A program made the translations under genes and the position numbers. From the NCBI GenBank assembly GCA_963783575.1, contig CAWAOD010000011.1, positions 512,001-576,000 of the forward strand: a stretch of DNA of 64,000 nt, read 5' to 3'. Below, in pieces: positions 1 to 10,643 of the stretch (its first letter is position 1; the number at the start of each line of letters is the position of its first letter). The DNA is from an uncultured Spirochaetota bacterium. Lineage in GTDB: Bacteria > Spirochaetota > Brevinematia > Brevinematales > JAOACQ01. A model generated the notes under the pieces. The model was not told the DNA's origin, did no database searches, and saw only the letters and a list, made by a program, of their open reading frames with translations.

Positions 1-753
1 AATTTCTTCCGGGGTCAGGAAGAAAGTATCGGTATAGTTCAGTTCAATAAGCAATTTTGCTATTTCTTCATCTGAAAATTTTGACTTCCATTTTTCACCC
101 AGATCCTCCGCCCTGTCTTCAAAAATCGATTTGTCTTTTATCTTATTGGAATATGTAAAAACAATTTCACTGCCTTTTAGAAACAAATGAATTGTATCAA
201 ACACCGCCCTTATCGAATCAAGCGATAAGTACATAGTCACTCCAAGCCAGGATACGAATGTTGGAACATTAAAATCAATCCAGGTTTTCTTCAGACCGTC
301 TTCCAGTGATTCCTTCTCGAAGTCAATGGATACAAAGGATAAATTTCCTGGTAAAATAATCCTGTTCTTCGATAGAATTTGTTTTTTGGCGGTCTGGGTT
401 TCATGAGAGTCAACTTCAAATATCCTTAATTTTTCCGCCCAGTCCGGCTGCCTGTAGGCAAATGAATCCAATCCGGCACCGAGTATTATATACTGCCTGA
501 TCCCTCGGATAACCGCCTCCCGCAGGCAATCTTCCGTGAACCTTGACCTGAGAAGAACATGTGAGCGAAGATAAAGCCGTTGAATTTGCTGATAATACTC
601 TTTCGAGGAAATTATTTTTTCCACCCCGTTTTTTCCGATTATTTCAGCTGCAATATAATCGTTCAAGATCCATGGCTCGGAATCAATCAGCAAATGTGCG
701 GCACGAGTATAAGCTACACCAAACGCAGTTCTGCTAATGGCTTTATCCGGCAT
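1..753 (-). CDS. Class I SAM-dependent methyltransferase (LCM/TIGR00027-like), runs off the window edge
   Basis: Not in the ORF track. Manual translation from ATG at 753 (GGAG upstream) gives MPDKAISRTAFGVAYTRAAH...RSRFTEDCL...QYIILGAGLDSFAYRQ...IFEVD...VSIDFE...SWLGVTMYL, which are the family motifs. The frame stays open to base 1. Confidence 0.88.
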   Translation of the reverse strand, partial: MPDKAISRTAFGVAYTRAAHLLIDSEPWILNDYIAAEIIGKNGVEKIISSKEYYQQIQRLYLRSHVLLRSRFTEDCLREAVIRGIRQYIILGAGLDSFAYRQPDWAEKLRIFEVDSHETQTAKKQILSKNRIILPGNLSFVSIDFEKESLEDGLKKTWIDFNVPTFVSWLGVTMYLSLDSIRAVFDTIHLFLKGSEIVFTYSNKIKDKSIFEDRAEDLGEKWKSKFSDEEIAKLLIELNYTDTFFLTPEEI

Positions 754-903
754 TTTTACTCTCCGTATATCTTTTATTTCTCCCTGTCAAGTTCATTGGC
801 TCTGTTGAATGTCCATTTGTTTTATCTTTGCTGCTTTAGTTATTACATTAATGGCTTAACCTGCGAACGGGCTTGTCTCCATATTATTCAACCCATATAA
901 AGA

Positions 904-932
904 ATTATAATGAAGTGAATATAAAACCTCAA
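904..932 (-). promoter_or_regulatory. Putative sigma70 promoter for the methyltransferase
   Basis: TTGAGG-17 bp-TATAAT on the minus strand. Confidence 0.45.
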
Positions 933-962
933 TAAAACATTTAATAAAATAGTAATCAAAGT

Positions 963-997
963 AAACGACGCTTGCTTTAATTGCAAGCGTCGCTTTT
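963..997. terminator. Intrinsic terminator-like hairpin downstream of the GH43 gene
   Basis: Perfect 10-bp stem CGACGCTTGC/GCAAGCGTCG with a 7-nt loop, flanked by short A and T runs, about 30 bp after the GH43 stop. Confidence 0.7.
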
Positions 998-1025
998 ATT
1001 GTCATTACTGAAGTATTTTATTGGT

Positions 1026-2045
1026 TTAGTTTGTAAGCCCCGTTGATGTCCTGACGATCAAAGGAATTGTTCCATCGGCATTGAACTTTAAATATTCGCC
1101 CATCACCTGTCTCTTCATCCCGCCCGTAGGCAGCTTGTCATGATAATAGAATGAGTAGTGATTGTTCCATTGTATGATTGAGGCTTGAATAGTCCATTCA
1201 TCGGCGCTTTTTTCCATTATATGGCCTTTATAGGTATATGGACCCGTTACGCTGGTTGCCATAGCATACCATTCGGCTTCTCCTCCGTTATCATAAATCG
1301 CACCGATTAAATAATACTTTCCGTTAAATTTAAATATCGAACCGCCTTCCGTATACGAATTAGGCATACCGGAAACATTTGCGGCTGCCGGTGTTCCGTT
1401 CGCCTGTATCATATTGGTATTCATTTTAACAATCCAGGTCCTTCCGCCAGAATATCCAACGGTGCAGTATACCATATACGGAGTGCCATCGTCGTCGATA
1501 AATACTCCAGGATCGCTTGCATAACCTGTTATGCCTTGAAAATAAGTTGAAAGCGGCGTAAATGGTCCGTCTGGATTGGCCGAGGTTGATATCCCAATTC
1601 TCGAAGTGCCGCCCGTATCATTATCAGGTACATATAGCCAGTATTTTCCATTTTTGTATATACAATCAGGCGCCCATAAATGATTTCCGCTTTTCTTTAC
1701 CCATGAGTAATCATTTTCATGCAATATTACTTTTCCGGTCCAATGAACCTCATCCGTAGATGTATAAACATATGTATTGCTCATCGGATAAGTCCCTGGA
1801 GCATTCAAGTCGCTCGACACATACAGGTAAATCTTCCCGTTAAAAATACGAGCCTGAGGGTCTGAGGTGTTAACGCCGGGAATCATCACTTTTCCATATG
1901 TAGTAGCTGCTGAAGCGACACTCAAATTTAAATCGTCGGGTGATCCTGCTTTACCATCCAGACTCTGATTGGTCAAACTGCACCCAAAAATGAGAGTAAT
2001 AAACAAAGCAAGAATTCCAAACGAAATTAACCGCATCTTTTTCAT
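1026..2045 (-). CDS. Glycoside hydrolase family 43 protein, probable lipoprotein (xylosidase/arabinofuranosidase-like)
   Basis: Signal peptide with lipobox-like IFGC; GH43 motifs SDP (base), WAPD, SDPGVFIDDDG and TEG (acid). Confidence 0.88.
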   Translation of the reverse strand: MKKMRLISFGILALFITLIFGCSLTNQSLDGKAGSPDDLNLSVASAATTYGKVMIPGVNTSDPQARIFNGKIYLYVSSDLNAPGTYPMSNTYVYTSTDEVHWTGKVILHENDYSWVKKSGNHLWAPDCIYKNGKYWLYVPDNDTGGTSRIGISTSANPDGPFTPLSTYFQGITGYASDPGVFIDDDGTPYMVYCTVGYSGGRTWIVKMNTNMIQANGTPAAANVSGMPNSYTEGGSIFKFNGKYYLIGAIYDNGGEAEWYAMATSVTGPYTYKGHIMEKSADEWTIQASIIQWNNHYSFYYHDKLPTGGMKRQVMGEYLKFNADGTIPLIVRTSTGLTN

Positions 2046-2198
2046 AACTTTCCTCCTCTAGGAAATATTAATATTTATATTTTATAATGAAAAGATTATT
2101 AATTATTTAAATTCATTCATCGACTTTATAAAAGTTTTTTCCTAATTTTTAACTTTCTTTAAACTTGATCGCTTCCACATCGACGATTGATATAAAGA

Positions 2199-2227
2199 AT
2201 TATAATAAACTGAATGTAAAACAGCAA
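2199..2227 (-). promoter_or_regulatory. Putative sigma70 promoter for the GH43 gene
   Basis: TTGCTG-17 bp-TATAAT on the minus strand. Confidence 0.45.
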
Positions 2228-2436
2228 TAAAATATTCAAATAAATTTTTTATCATGGAGAAATTTAATGAGGTTTTGAAATATGGCTAAAATAAAAAATC
2301 TCTATGTCTCTTTGCCTTTGTGGTGTATTATAATTCCCCAACAAAAATTTCTTTGTTTTGAGACAATATATATGGTTTCAATTGATATGCAAAATAATTT
2401 AATTGAAAAAGTCAGAGCAAGACAATTATGAATCAA

Positions 2437-2513
2437 CAGGGTCAATCAACCTGCCTGGCCTGCCTACACCTGGATCTCCGGCAGGTAGACGGAAGACAGG
2501 TCACGCTTGTTAA
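2437..2513 (-). repeat. Palindromic interspersed repeat (REP/MITE-like), copy 1
   Basis: Reverse complement reads TTAACAAGCGTGACCTGTCTTCCGTCTACCTGCCGGAGATCCAGGTGTAGGCAGGCCAGGCAGG, near-identical to the copies at 14282 and 25198. It begins on the TAA stop of the upstream gene. Confidence 0.9.
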
Positions 2514-4726
2514 TTCTTCCCCGGCCGGAACACCCTTCCCGTCAGTTTCCAGGATTTATCCAGCCAGCTGTTTCCGTTAACTTCATATTCTGTCATCGGG
2601 TTCAGAAAATTAGGGCCGGGCGGGTTTTCATAATCAAAGGCCCGGTAATATCTTGTTCTTTTTTCATTTTCATTAACCTGAAAAATCGGGCGTCCCGGAA
2701 ATCGGTCTGTAATTCCAAGTTCGGTAGCAATTGTTTCGGGAATATCCCCTAAAGAAACCGGGGCGTCTGAAGTTTTCAAATCGCCTTTTGCGTTAAATCG
2801 TTTTGCAAGAATCAAAGGAATTCCCCGGGTTTTGTAAAACTCAAAAGTCGGAGTATTGTAGCCCGTATTTACGGATTTGTTATCCGGGTTATTATACATC
2901 TCCGGTACTCTCCCGCTACCATGATCTCCGGCTATAATTATTAAAGTATTATCGTAAACACCAAGACTTTTCAACTGTTCAAGGAACATCTTTGCGAGTT
3001 TCATCATAGCTTTGAACTGTCCTGAATAATGCACTCTTGAGTATGTAATATCTGCGAGCAATCCGAAATTCTCATCAAACCTCAAAGGGACATGCATTCC
3101 TTCAATATGATAAAACTTAAAAATCCCTTTGTTGCTGATAACCTGGGATTGGAGAACCATGTCGTTAATAAATCTGATACTGGGATTAAAAGTCACAAGG
3201 TCCTGAGAAAACGTAAAAGAATACGGCCATTTTCTTTTATTGAAAGGGCTTTTCGTATAAAGCATTTTAGACTCCCAGTATAACAGCCAGTTAGCGTCGT
3301 TGTAAATATACTTTTTCAGGAAATGAGGGACATATCTGTACAAGCCGGTATCATAAAGATAAGCCATTTCCTTTATAAGCTCGCTTAAACTGTCCCTTTT
3401 TTTCAGGTTCGACACAATCTTCTCATCGAAATAAACCGAATCGGGGGTTATTGGAAACTGGTCAACCTCGAAATTATTTTCTTTCAAAGTCTTAACGATC
3501 GAATGGCTTAGAAAAGCATTTTCAATATACTTTTGCAGCGGTATCGAATTATCGTAATAATCGCCTGTTAAAATGGAAGTTACCGAGGGAGAGGTAAAAG
3601 GGAATGTACTTAATGAATTTCTGAAATAGGTGAACCCGTCGAAAATTTTACTATATTCGGGATTGTTTTTAATAAATTCCTGAAAAATATCCGCCTGCGA
3701 TTCATCGATAATAAATATTATCACATTCGTATTTCCGGAGAAATTAAACTCTACATTTTCATCTACGGTAAACCTGCGGAAGCCCGATTCTTTGCTATCT
3801 TTATTCATTGGTTCCTTTATAACGGATAAAAGCGTAAATATCACCTGCAATAATATAAAAAAGACACTAATATTAGGTACATATTTTTTAATAAGTTCCG
3901 GCTTGATTATAAAGATTGAGATAATTAAAATAATCCATACACTGCTGTCGATTATTCCGAATAATAAATAATTTCCCCATTGAATCTTGCTGTTGTCAAT
4001 AATCCCGTAATTCCAGACCATCACGTTACCCTGAAGCCAGAAACCAAGCGATAATGCGAATATAACACCCATTGCCCTCAAATATAAACCGGACTTTACC
4101 GGAAATAACAAGAGAATTCTGGTAATTATAAGTGTCATGACAACAAATAATGGAATTAAATATAGTATGAGTTTATGAAGCACAAAATAAAATTCATTCG
4201 GATTAGCAAGGAATATCTGAAGAGGGCCGAAAAATCCGGCGGTTGATGAAAAGAAAACGGAAACCAGCAGCGCAGATTTGTATTTAAGTGAAAATTCCCT
4301 GGCTGTATATCCGGCTAAAAATAATTTTTCAGCAAGAATATAAACTATTAGAGGAACAATTAATAAAAGCGCCTGATTGAATATGAATGAACCGTTTGAA
4401 TAAATCTTCAGCGGGTAAAACCATAATAACCATATAGGAGCATGCAGCAAAGTAAGCTTTCCGGCCGATTCTTTATTGAGAGCACTCATAAGTAACCATA
4501 AATACAAAGTTCCAACCAATAATCCCAATATACCGCCGGCAAAACCCCTGAATAATACGCCGTCAAAGAAACTTATTTTCTGCCCGGAAAATCCCGAAAA
4601 CAATTTAATTAGCCTGTTATTCTGAGCCCAATTGATTTGTGAAACCGAAAAGATAGTTACTATCGCCCCGATTATCACAAGCAAAAAAAATATTTCCTTT
4701 ATTTTACCCGAATAACTTTTTACCAT
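2510..4726 (-). CDS. Membrane-anchored alkaline-phosphatase-superfamily (LtaS/sulfatase-like) transferase, paralogue A
   Basis: Multiple N-terminal TM segments. The C-terminal domain has IIDESQAD, FPFTSPS (Thr at the nucleophile position), GMHVP and AGDHG. It is the last gene of the phosphonate operon. Confidence 0.8.
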   Translation of the reverse strand: MVKSYSGKIKEIFFLLVIIGAIVTIFSVSQINWAQNNRLIKLFSGFSGQKISFFDGVLFRGFAGGILGLLVGTLYLWLLMSALNKESAGKLTLLHAPIWLLWFYPLKIYSNGSFIFNQALLLIVPLIVYILAEKLFLAGYTAREFSLKYKSALLVSVFFSSTAGFFGPLQIFLANPNEFYFVLHKLILYLIPLFVVMTLIITRILLLFPVKSGLYLRAMGVIFALSLGFWLQGNVMVWNYGIIDNSKIQWGNYLLFGIIDSSVWIILIISIFIIKPELIKKYVPNISVFFILLQVIFTLLSVIKEPMNKDSKESGFRRFTVDENVEFNFSGNTNVIIFIIDESQADIFQEFIKNNPEYSKIFDGFTYFRNSLSTFPFTSPSVTSILTGDYYDNSIPLQKYIENAFLSHSIVKTLKENNFEVDQFPITPDSVYFDEKIVSNLKKRDSLSELIKEMAYLYDTGLYRYVPHFLKKYIYNDANWLLYWESKMLYTKSPFNKRKWPYSFTFSQDLVTFNPSIRFINDMVLQSQVISNKGIFKFYHIEGMHVPLRFDENFGLLADITYSRVHYSGQFKAMMKLAKMFLEQLKSLGVYDNTLIIIAGDHGSGRVPEMYNNPDNKSVNTGYNTPTFEFYKTRGIPLILAKRFNAKGDLKTSDAPVSLGDIPETIATELGITDRFPGRPIFQVNENEKRTRYYRAFDYENPPGPNFLNPMTEYEVNGNSWLDKSWKLTGRVFRPGKN

Positions 4727-4778
4727 TCTTTTACCTCTGGCTCCCGAATTATTTTATTATTTTGGATGAGAATAATAG

Positions 4779-6653
4779 TCACTGGGAATTGCGCTTTTTT
4801 AAAACCGACAGATAATTTCCTAGTAAACCGACAAACCTCTCCATATCTTCGGCAAACATTTCGCCTATATTTGCTATCCTGAAAGTTTTTGCCTTAGAAA
4901 TTTTGCCCGGATAGATTGTAAAGCCTTTGTTATAAAAATAGTCATGCATTTTTTCAAAGTCATATTCGGGATAATCCGGTTCCAAAATCGCAGTAATCAT
5001 TTTCGATTGATGTTCTAGCGGGACAATATATTTCAAGTTAAGCCTTTTCAACCCATTAATCAAAACTTCCCAGCAGGCCGTGTATCTTTTATACCGGTTT
5101 TCTATGCCTTCAGTTTTCGCTTCAATAATGGCCTGCCTTAGCGCGTAAAAAGTCTGAACAGGCGGAGTAAAGCGCGTCTGGTGTGTTTTTTCAAAGTATT
5201 CATACTGCTTATAGAGGTTAAGATAATAATTCCGCATTTTGATCGATTTTGTTTTTTCAATTAAACTTCTATTTGCTATTATAAAACTTAAACCGGCCAT
5301 TCCCTGTATGTTTTTATTGGAACTTGCCGTCATAAAGCTGATATTCATGGCTTTCATATCGACCGGGATTGCCGCGAATGAACTGATACCGTCAACCAGA
5401 AGAATAATCCCGTATTTACCGCAGATTTTACCGATAGCTGTAACATCGTTCAGTAAACCGGTTGTTGTTTCATGATGAACAACAAATAAATGGGATATTT
5501 TTCTTTTTTCTGAAAAGGTTTTCTTTATAAAGGATTCAAGTTCAACAAGGTCAACGGCATTATCCGGCGGGCTTTTAAATTCCTGGTAATTTATTCCATA
5601 AACCTCAGCAATCCGGCACATCCTTTCTCCGTATGCGCCGTTATTAATAATCAGAACAATATCCTCGCCGACAACCGAAGACAGCATAGCTTCCATAGCC
5701 GCTGTTCCCGAGCCGCCGAAAAGCACGGTTGCATAATCCTTCGTGTCGGCTACAATGGATGTAAGCTCCATTGATACAAATTCCATAAGATCGCCGAATT
5801 CCTTTTCCCTCGGGCAGATATCAGGGGCAACCTGGGCATATTTTACGCTATCGGTTGTTGTAGCCGGGCCGGGATTTAGAAGCACATTTCTTTTTACGGA
5901 AAGAAGAGATTCTTTTTCACAAATAAGGGGATGTATTTTAGACCGCGCTCTTTCCAGATGTTCTTCATCATCTATTTCACACCACGAATAATCCTGGATT
6001 TTTTTAACATAGAATGGCTCCGTATTATTTTGAATATTTAGAATTGAAATCTTTGCCAGGGCTGATTCATAATCCATTTTTTTACATATTGCAGGTTCTT
6101 TTTCAACAAAATTACAAATCCCGGTAAAAGCCGGGTATGATATTTTAGAAATTCCCACCAATTCGCCGTAAATGCTCATTAAATTATCTTTTATTTTTGA
6201 AACCTGGATAAGATGGAATTCTTCATCGGTTTCAATGAAAACTTCGTCATTTGAATTTGTATAACCGCTTGCAAGTATAACGTCTTTATGAAAATCGTTC
6301 AGAAGAACTTTCAAGCCTGTTTTATCATAAAGAAGATCGGATTCAAGAAGCAGAAAATCATCTTTGATTAGTTCCTTCATATTATACAGAGTGTACAAAC
6401 TTCCCGAGACCGCATAATCCGGATTGAACCTACAGGTTATCTGATAGAAATTCCGGGCAAATTCCTCATATTTTTCATAAAGATAACCGGTACCTATAAA
6501 TATATTTTCAATACCGGATTCAATAAGCTTTCTAACAGATTGTTCAATAATAGTCTTTCCACCGATTTCCAGAAAACCCTTAGGCTTCTCTTTTGTTCTG
6601 TCTTTTAACCTGCTGCCAAGTCCGGCTGCCAGAATTACCGCAGTTTTAACCAT
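4779..6653 (-). CDS. Fusion of a phosphonate/phosphocholine cytidylyltransferase (LicC/PntC-like) and a 2-aminoethylphosphonate aminotransferase (class V PLP)
   Basis: N-terminal ILAAGLGSRL...KPKG and EIDDEEHL; C-terminal LLNPGPATT, HHETTTGLLN, VDGISSF, SSNKNIQG (PLP Lys), RFTPP and IYPGK. Confidence 0.92.
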   Translation of the reverse strand: MVKTAVILAAGLGSRLKDRTKEKPKGFLEIGGKTIIEQSVRKLIESGIENIFIGTGYLYEKYEEFARNFYQITCRFNPDYAVSGSLYTLYNMKELIKDDFLLLESDLLYDKTGLKVLLNDFHKDVILASGYTNSNDEVFIETDEEFHLIQVSKIKDNLMSIYGELVGISKISYPAFTGICNFVEKEPAICKKMDYESALAKISILNIQNNTEPFYVKKIQDYSWCEIDDEEHLERARSKIHPLICEKESLLSVKRNVLLNPGPATTTDSVKYAQVAPDICPREKEFGDLMEFVSMELTSIVADTKDYATVLFGGSGTAAMEAMLSSVVGEDIVLIINNGAYGERMCRIAEVYGINYQEFKSPPDNAVDLVELESFIKKTFSEKRKISHLFVVHHETTTGLLNDVTAIGKICGKYGIILLVDGISSFAAIPVDMKAMNISFMTASSNKNIQGMAGLSFIIANRSLIEKTKSIKMRNYYLNLYKQYEYFEKTHQTRFTPPVQTFYALRQAIIEAKTEGIENRYKRYTACWEVLINGLKRLNLKYIVPLEHQSKMITAILEPDYPEYDFEKMHDYFYNKGFTIYPGKISKAKTFRIANIGEMFAEDMERFVGLLGNYLSVLKKRNSQ

Positions 6654-6674
6654 TGCATTACTCCGATGAGATAA

Positions 6675-7805
6675 TTATTGTTCGATAAACCGCATAAGAC
6701 GTTCTTTTACTTCAAACGGTTTAATCTTCGGTCTTGCCAAATTTTCTTTTGAACCGGTCCTGATCCGGATATATATGAATGTCAGAGAGTGTTTTTTATT
6801 CCATTCTATCATGGCGTTTTTAAGTTCATCCATATTATGGGCGTATACAACATTCGGGTAACCGCATGATGCAGCTATTCCCGGAAAATCGATATTTTGA
6901 GAAACCGTTTTCTGCCCTCCCGTAGATTCATGCGCATTATTGTCAAGAAGTATGTGAAGCATATTTTCATTCCTGTAGTATCCGTTCGTTGCCAGAGAAC
7001 CCATTCTCATTAGAACGGCTCCGTCCCCATCAATAACTATTATGTCTTTTTTACTTTGTACAACAGACAGTCCAAGCCCAATCGAACCTGCGCAGCCAAG
7101 CGAACCTACCATATAAAAGTTGTTCGGAGTGTCTTCGATTTCATAAAGCTCTCTTCCGGTAAAACCTGTTGATGCGATAAAAACAGTATTTTTATCCCTG
7201 AAAGCAACGACTTTCTGAAGGACCTCCATTCTTAACGGTAAAGTATCGGCATATTTCGAATCCGTAATTTTAACGGAAACTTTTTCCGGTGGAGGCTGTT
7301 TTTTTAAGGCCACTTTATCGAAAGTTCCTTTCCTGACAACAAAAAAGAAGCTTTCTTCCTTTTCAATCGACTCATTCGCCCTGTCAAGCTGTTCAAGGGC
7401 TTCTTCTTCTATGTTGGAAATATACTCCCATTTGATTTTCATAATATCAAGCATTGAGGTTGTAATCGAACCCATCAGTTCATGCTGCGGTTCATCCTGC
7501 AATCCCGGCTCTCCCCTGAGACTGACAAAACCCAGTACCGGAATTTTGAATATGTAATTCAGGGATGTTAAAGGCGAAATTGCATTTGTAAGACCGGAAT
7601 TCTGCATCAGAACAACTGATTTCATCCCGCCGATATATGCTCCGGCGCAGGCTGCGACAGCATCGCCTTCATTCGTGGCCATGATATAGCGGCAATCATT
7701 GATTGCGTAATTTATCAGATCCTTCAAAAAAGAGCAAGGAACACCGCTATAAAACTGAAAACCGTATTCTTTCATTTTCATTCCAAAATGACGGGTATTC
7801 AGCAT
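6675..7805 (-). CDS. ppd: Phosphonopyruvate decarboxylase
   Basis: GVPCSFLK, NEGDAVA, MQNSGLTNA, DEPQH, FYMVGSLG and the ThDP motif DGDGA...NN. Start placed at ATG 7805 (GGAGG-like RBS, just after the pepM stop) rather than 7835. Confidence 0.95.
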   Translation of the reverse strand: MLNTRHFGMKMKEYGFQFYSGVPCSFLKDLINYAINDCRYIMATNEGDAVAACAGAYIGGMKSVVLMQNSGLTNAISPLTSLNYIFKIPVLGFVSLRGEPGLQDEPQHELMGSITTSMLDIMKIKWEYISNIEEEALEQLDRANESIEKEESFFFVVRKGTFDKVALKKQPPPEKVSVKITDSKYADTLPLRMEVLQKVVAFRDKNTVFIASTGFTGRELYEIEDTPNNFYMVGSLGCAGSIGLGLSVVQSKKDIIVIDGDGAVLMRMGSLATNGYYRNENMLHILLDNNAHESTGGQKTVSQNIDFPGIAASCGYPNVVYAHNMDELKNAMIEWNKKHSLTFIYIRIRTGSKENLARPKIKPFEVKERLMRFIEQ

Positions 7806-7806
7806 T

Positions 7807-9405
7807 TTAGAAACCCTCCGCTTTTTGTAAATCAACGATGGTATTTATATCAAGCCATGAGCCCTTTATAAATTTAACCTTGATTCTGCAGGATTTAACC
7901 GCCTCATTAAGGAGATCGTTCATTCTTAACTGCTTAAAATCAGACCGGCCAGACAATAGCTCTAAACAGTTTTTTATTGTTTCAATACCATTTTTATTTA
8001 CCTTGAATATGCCTATGAACTCTCCATTAATCTCTTTTTTATCCAGTTTCGATGACATCTTTTCAAAGCATACAGGTTGAAGGAATATTTTTTTTGAATA
8101 AGGAATATCGGTTTTTACATAATCATGGAAATTCTGTTCGTCAAATTCAAAATCTGCATCAGCAATAAGAGTAATATCGCCGTCGTCGTTCAACAGGTCG
8201 TTAAGAATATAGCTTTTGAATATTATATCTCCATAGCTTACAATCGTATTTTCATTAAGTTCTTTTCTTGACAGATACAACGAATATAATTCTTTTGTAC
8301 AGGCATATTCGTCATTATCGACAGTCTTTATGTTATTCAAAAAAACTTTGTCTTTTGCAAAACCCCTGACCACTGTTATATCCTTTACGCCAACCTGGTT
8401 AAACAGATCGACCTGCGTCGAAAGAATGGGTTTCCCATTAATTTTTATAAGAGTTTTGGGGATTTCTTTTGTAATTTCCCCGAATTTGTCACCGCGTGCT
8501 GCCGCCAATATGATTGCGTTGACATTCTTTCCCGCAGCAGGGAGGTATTTTTTTTCGGCATCTTTCAGTTCATCCGCTCCCTGGAGCCTGAAAACCTCGC
8601 TTACGGATGCTATTTTGCTTTCAACATTTATCAGCGATTCGTCATTAAAGATTTGCATTGAGGTATTCTGCATTGATGTTACGGCCGATCTGAGATTATG
8701 ATTTGCCCAGATAATCAGGCTTATTCCCATATTACGGAAAACATCGGTTGGTACAGAATAATATTTTGTGGGAACAATAACCACCGGGTGCCTTCTGCCC
8801 CAAACATCCATAAAGGCTTCAATATCAGACGGATCTGATTTTTTACTATGCACCAGGATCGCGTTGGCGCCGGCTTCCCTATAAGCATCGGCTCTCCTGA
8901 CTGCTTCATCAAGGCCCCAACCTGTTATAAAGGCCTCTGTTCTCGCTACAACAACAAAATCACCATCTGTCTGCGTGTCCTTGGCGGCCTTGATCTTACC
9001 GCAAAATTCATCAATATCGGCAAGCGGCTGAAGCTCCCCGCCGATAAAAGAGTTATTCTTGGGGAAAAGCTTGTCCTCTATGCATACTCCGGCAATCTGA
9101 CGCTGTTCAAGTTTGGAGATAAGACGCCTGACATTGTTAAAATTACCATAACCGGTATCGCCATCCAATAAAATAGGTATTTCAGTGTTATCGCTCATAA
9201 ATTCGAGCACTTCCAGTACCTGTGTCCAGGATGCCTCATTATTATCCCTGACACCCAGAGATGCCGAGATTGTGAGCCCGCTTGCCCAAATACCCTTAAA
9301 ACCGGTTTCCTCGACAATTTTCGCAGAAAGACCGTTATGGGCTTCCATTATAAATTCAAGTTTATTCGAATGAATCAAATTTTTTAATTGCGTAGTTTTT
9401 CTCAT
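7807..9405 (-). CDS. pepM: Phosphoenolpyruvate mutase fused to a C-terminal nucleotidyltransferase
   Basis: PepM signature EDK-x5-NS ([10 protein letters not shown]), plus MEAHNGLSA and DGDTGYG. The C-terminal domain has ILAAARG...IPKTL, YGDI and WLDIN. Confidence 0.96.
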   Translation of the reverse strand: MRKTTQLKNLIHSNKLEFIMEAHNGLSAKIVEETGFKGIWASGLTISASLGVRDNNEASWTQVLEVLEFMSDNTEIPILLDGDTGYGNFNNVRRLISKLEQRQIAGVCIEDKLFPKNNSFIGGELQPLADIDEFCGKIKAAKDTQTDGDFVVVARTEAFITGWGLDEAVRRADAYREAGANAILVHSKKSDPSDIEAFMDVWGRRHPVVIVPTKYYSVPTDVFRNMGISLIIWANHNLRSAVTSMQNTSMQIFNDESLINVESKIASVSEVFRLQGADELKDAEKKYLPAAGKNVNAIILAAARGDKFGEITKEIPKTLIKINGKPILSTQVDLFNQVGVKDITVVRGFAKDKVFLNNIKTVDNDEYACTKELYSLYLSRKELNENTIVSYGDIIFKSYILNDLLNDDGDITLIADADFEFDEQNFHDYVKTDIPYSKKIFLQPVCFEKMSSKLDKKEINGEFIGIFKVNKNGIETIKNCLELLSGRSDFKQLRMNDLLNEAVKSCRIKVKFIKGSWLDINTIVDLQKAEGF

Positions 9406-9467
9406 AATAAGAATTTTCCTTTACGAATATTATTTAACCGGAATTCGGCAGCGCATAATCCATCCTG

Positions 9468-10619
9468 TTATTTGCATAATTCAATAATTGCATCTCCGCC
9501 GGCTTTTGAGGAATTCAGCCAGTTATATAAATATTTTTCCCTATAATTTATGATTGTATTTTTATACATATCATGGCGTTCTATAAAATCCTTGCAGATA
9601 CTTTGTATATTATCGATATCCTTTATTTCAACCGATTTTCCAATCTGGTTTCTTATAGTAAATTCAAGGGGTTCAATCCCGAGTTCTTTATAATCCGGGT
9701 TATCAACACGCGGAGGAGTATTGATAAAAAGAACCGGTCTTTCCGTTCCGAATGCATATTCGAAAGAGATTGCCGACCAGTCTGTAATTAGAATATCAGC
9801 CTGATGAATACTCGTACCCTTAACCATATCGAGTTCCAGAGTCAAATTGGATATTCCTTTTATATTTTTCTGTATTTTTGCAATAGTATCCCATTTTCTT
9901 TTAATGAATTCGGGATGAGGCCTTATTAACACATCGAATTCGGAATCCCTGAAATTTTTAATCAGCCTATCTATGCAAGATTCAAGTATGTTGCCGGGAT
10001 TCCAGGAGGGGGCTATCAGGATTTTTTCCCTTGAATTCGCGGGATTTTGATTTTCTTTTATAAAATTCCGGTGGTCATTATAGATTTTTTCAACCCTGTA
10101 ATAACCGCAGGGTATCAAATTTTTAGGTTTTAAATGATAAATCTCCTCGGCTTTTCTGATTTCTTCAGTATCTCTTTCGCCGACGCAGAGTATTGTATCA
10201 TAATGATCAAAGGCATTTTTATGATATGTCAAATGAGTGCTGCCGATTCCGTGAAAAATATAGACATGGTTTACAGGGTTAACCGATCTTTTTAAATAAA
10301 AGTTATCTAAATCCGGCGTTGTCATTACAAGGACCTTTGAGTCGAGATTTAAAATAACCTGCGTTAGGAATTCTTTAAAATATACCGGTTTAATTCTCGG
10401 CTCATCCATCTTAAATACAGGATCATTAAGATCGGATGTAATATAACAGATATCGAGATCGGAATGTTCTATAATATATTTTATATACCCTTCATAGTAT
10501 TGATAATAAATGTCCCTTTCGGAATAAAAAACAAGCGTCCTTGATTTTTTATTTTCATCTGAAATAAATGAAATATAATTAAATAGTTCTTTAAAAAAAA
10601 GAAAAAAGCCCTTAAACAT
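9468..10619 (-). CDS. CDP-glycerol:glycerophosphotransferase (TagF/TagB-like) family protein
   Basis: IFHGIGS, GYYRVE, ILIAPSW, IRPHP, and ADILITDWSAISFEYAF...PVLF. Confidence 0.82.
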   Translation of the reverse strand: MFKGFFLFFKELFNYISFISDENKKSRTLVFYSERDIYYQYYEGYIKYIIEHSDLDICYITSDLNDPVFKMDEPRIKPVYFKEFLTQVILNLDSKVLVMTTPDLDNFYLKRSVNPVNHVYIFHGIGSTHLTYHKNAFDHYDTILCVGERDTEEIRKAEEIYHLKPKNLIPCGYYRVEKIYNDHRNFIKENQNPANSREKILIAPSWNPGNILESCIDRLIKNFRDSEFDVLIRPHPEFIKRKWDTIAKIQKNIKGISNLTLELDMVKGTSIHQADILITDWSAISFEYAFGTERPVLFINTPPRVDNPDYKELGIEPLEFTIRNQIGKSVEIKDIDNIQSICKDFIERHDMYKNTIINYREKYLYNWLNSSKAGGDAIIELCK

Positions 10620-10643
10620 TATAACCTCTTAATAAGTTACAAA

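Noticed and set aside
580..900. 106-aa plus-strand ORF
   Set aside because: It overlaps the minus-strand methyltransferase, which has clear motifs, and has no RBS or motif of its own
4779..9405. Phosphonate genes as suppliers for the NRPS/PKS cluster (phosphonate antibiotic)
   Set aside because: More than 20 kb of mostly housekeeping genes separate them, and the cytidylyltransferase, TagF and LtaS-like context points to cell-surface modification
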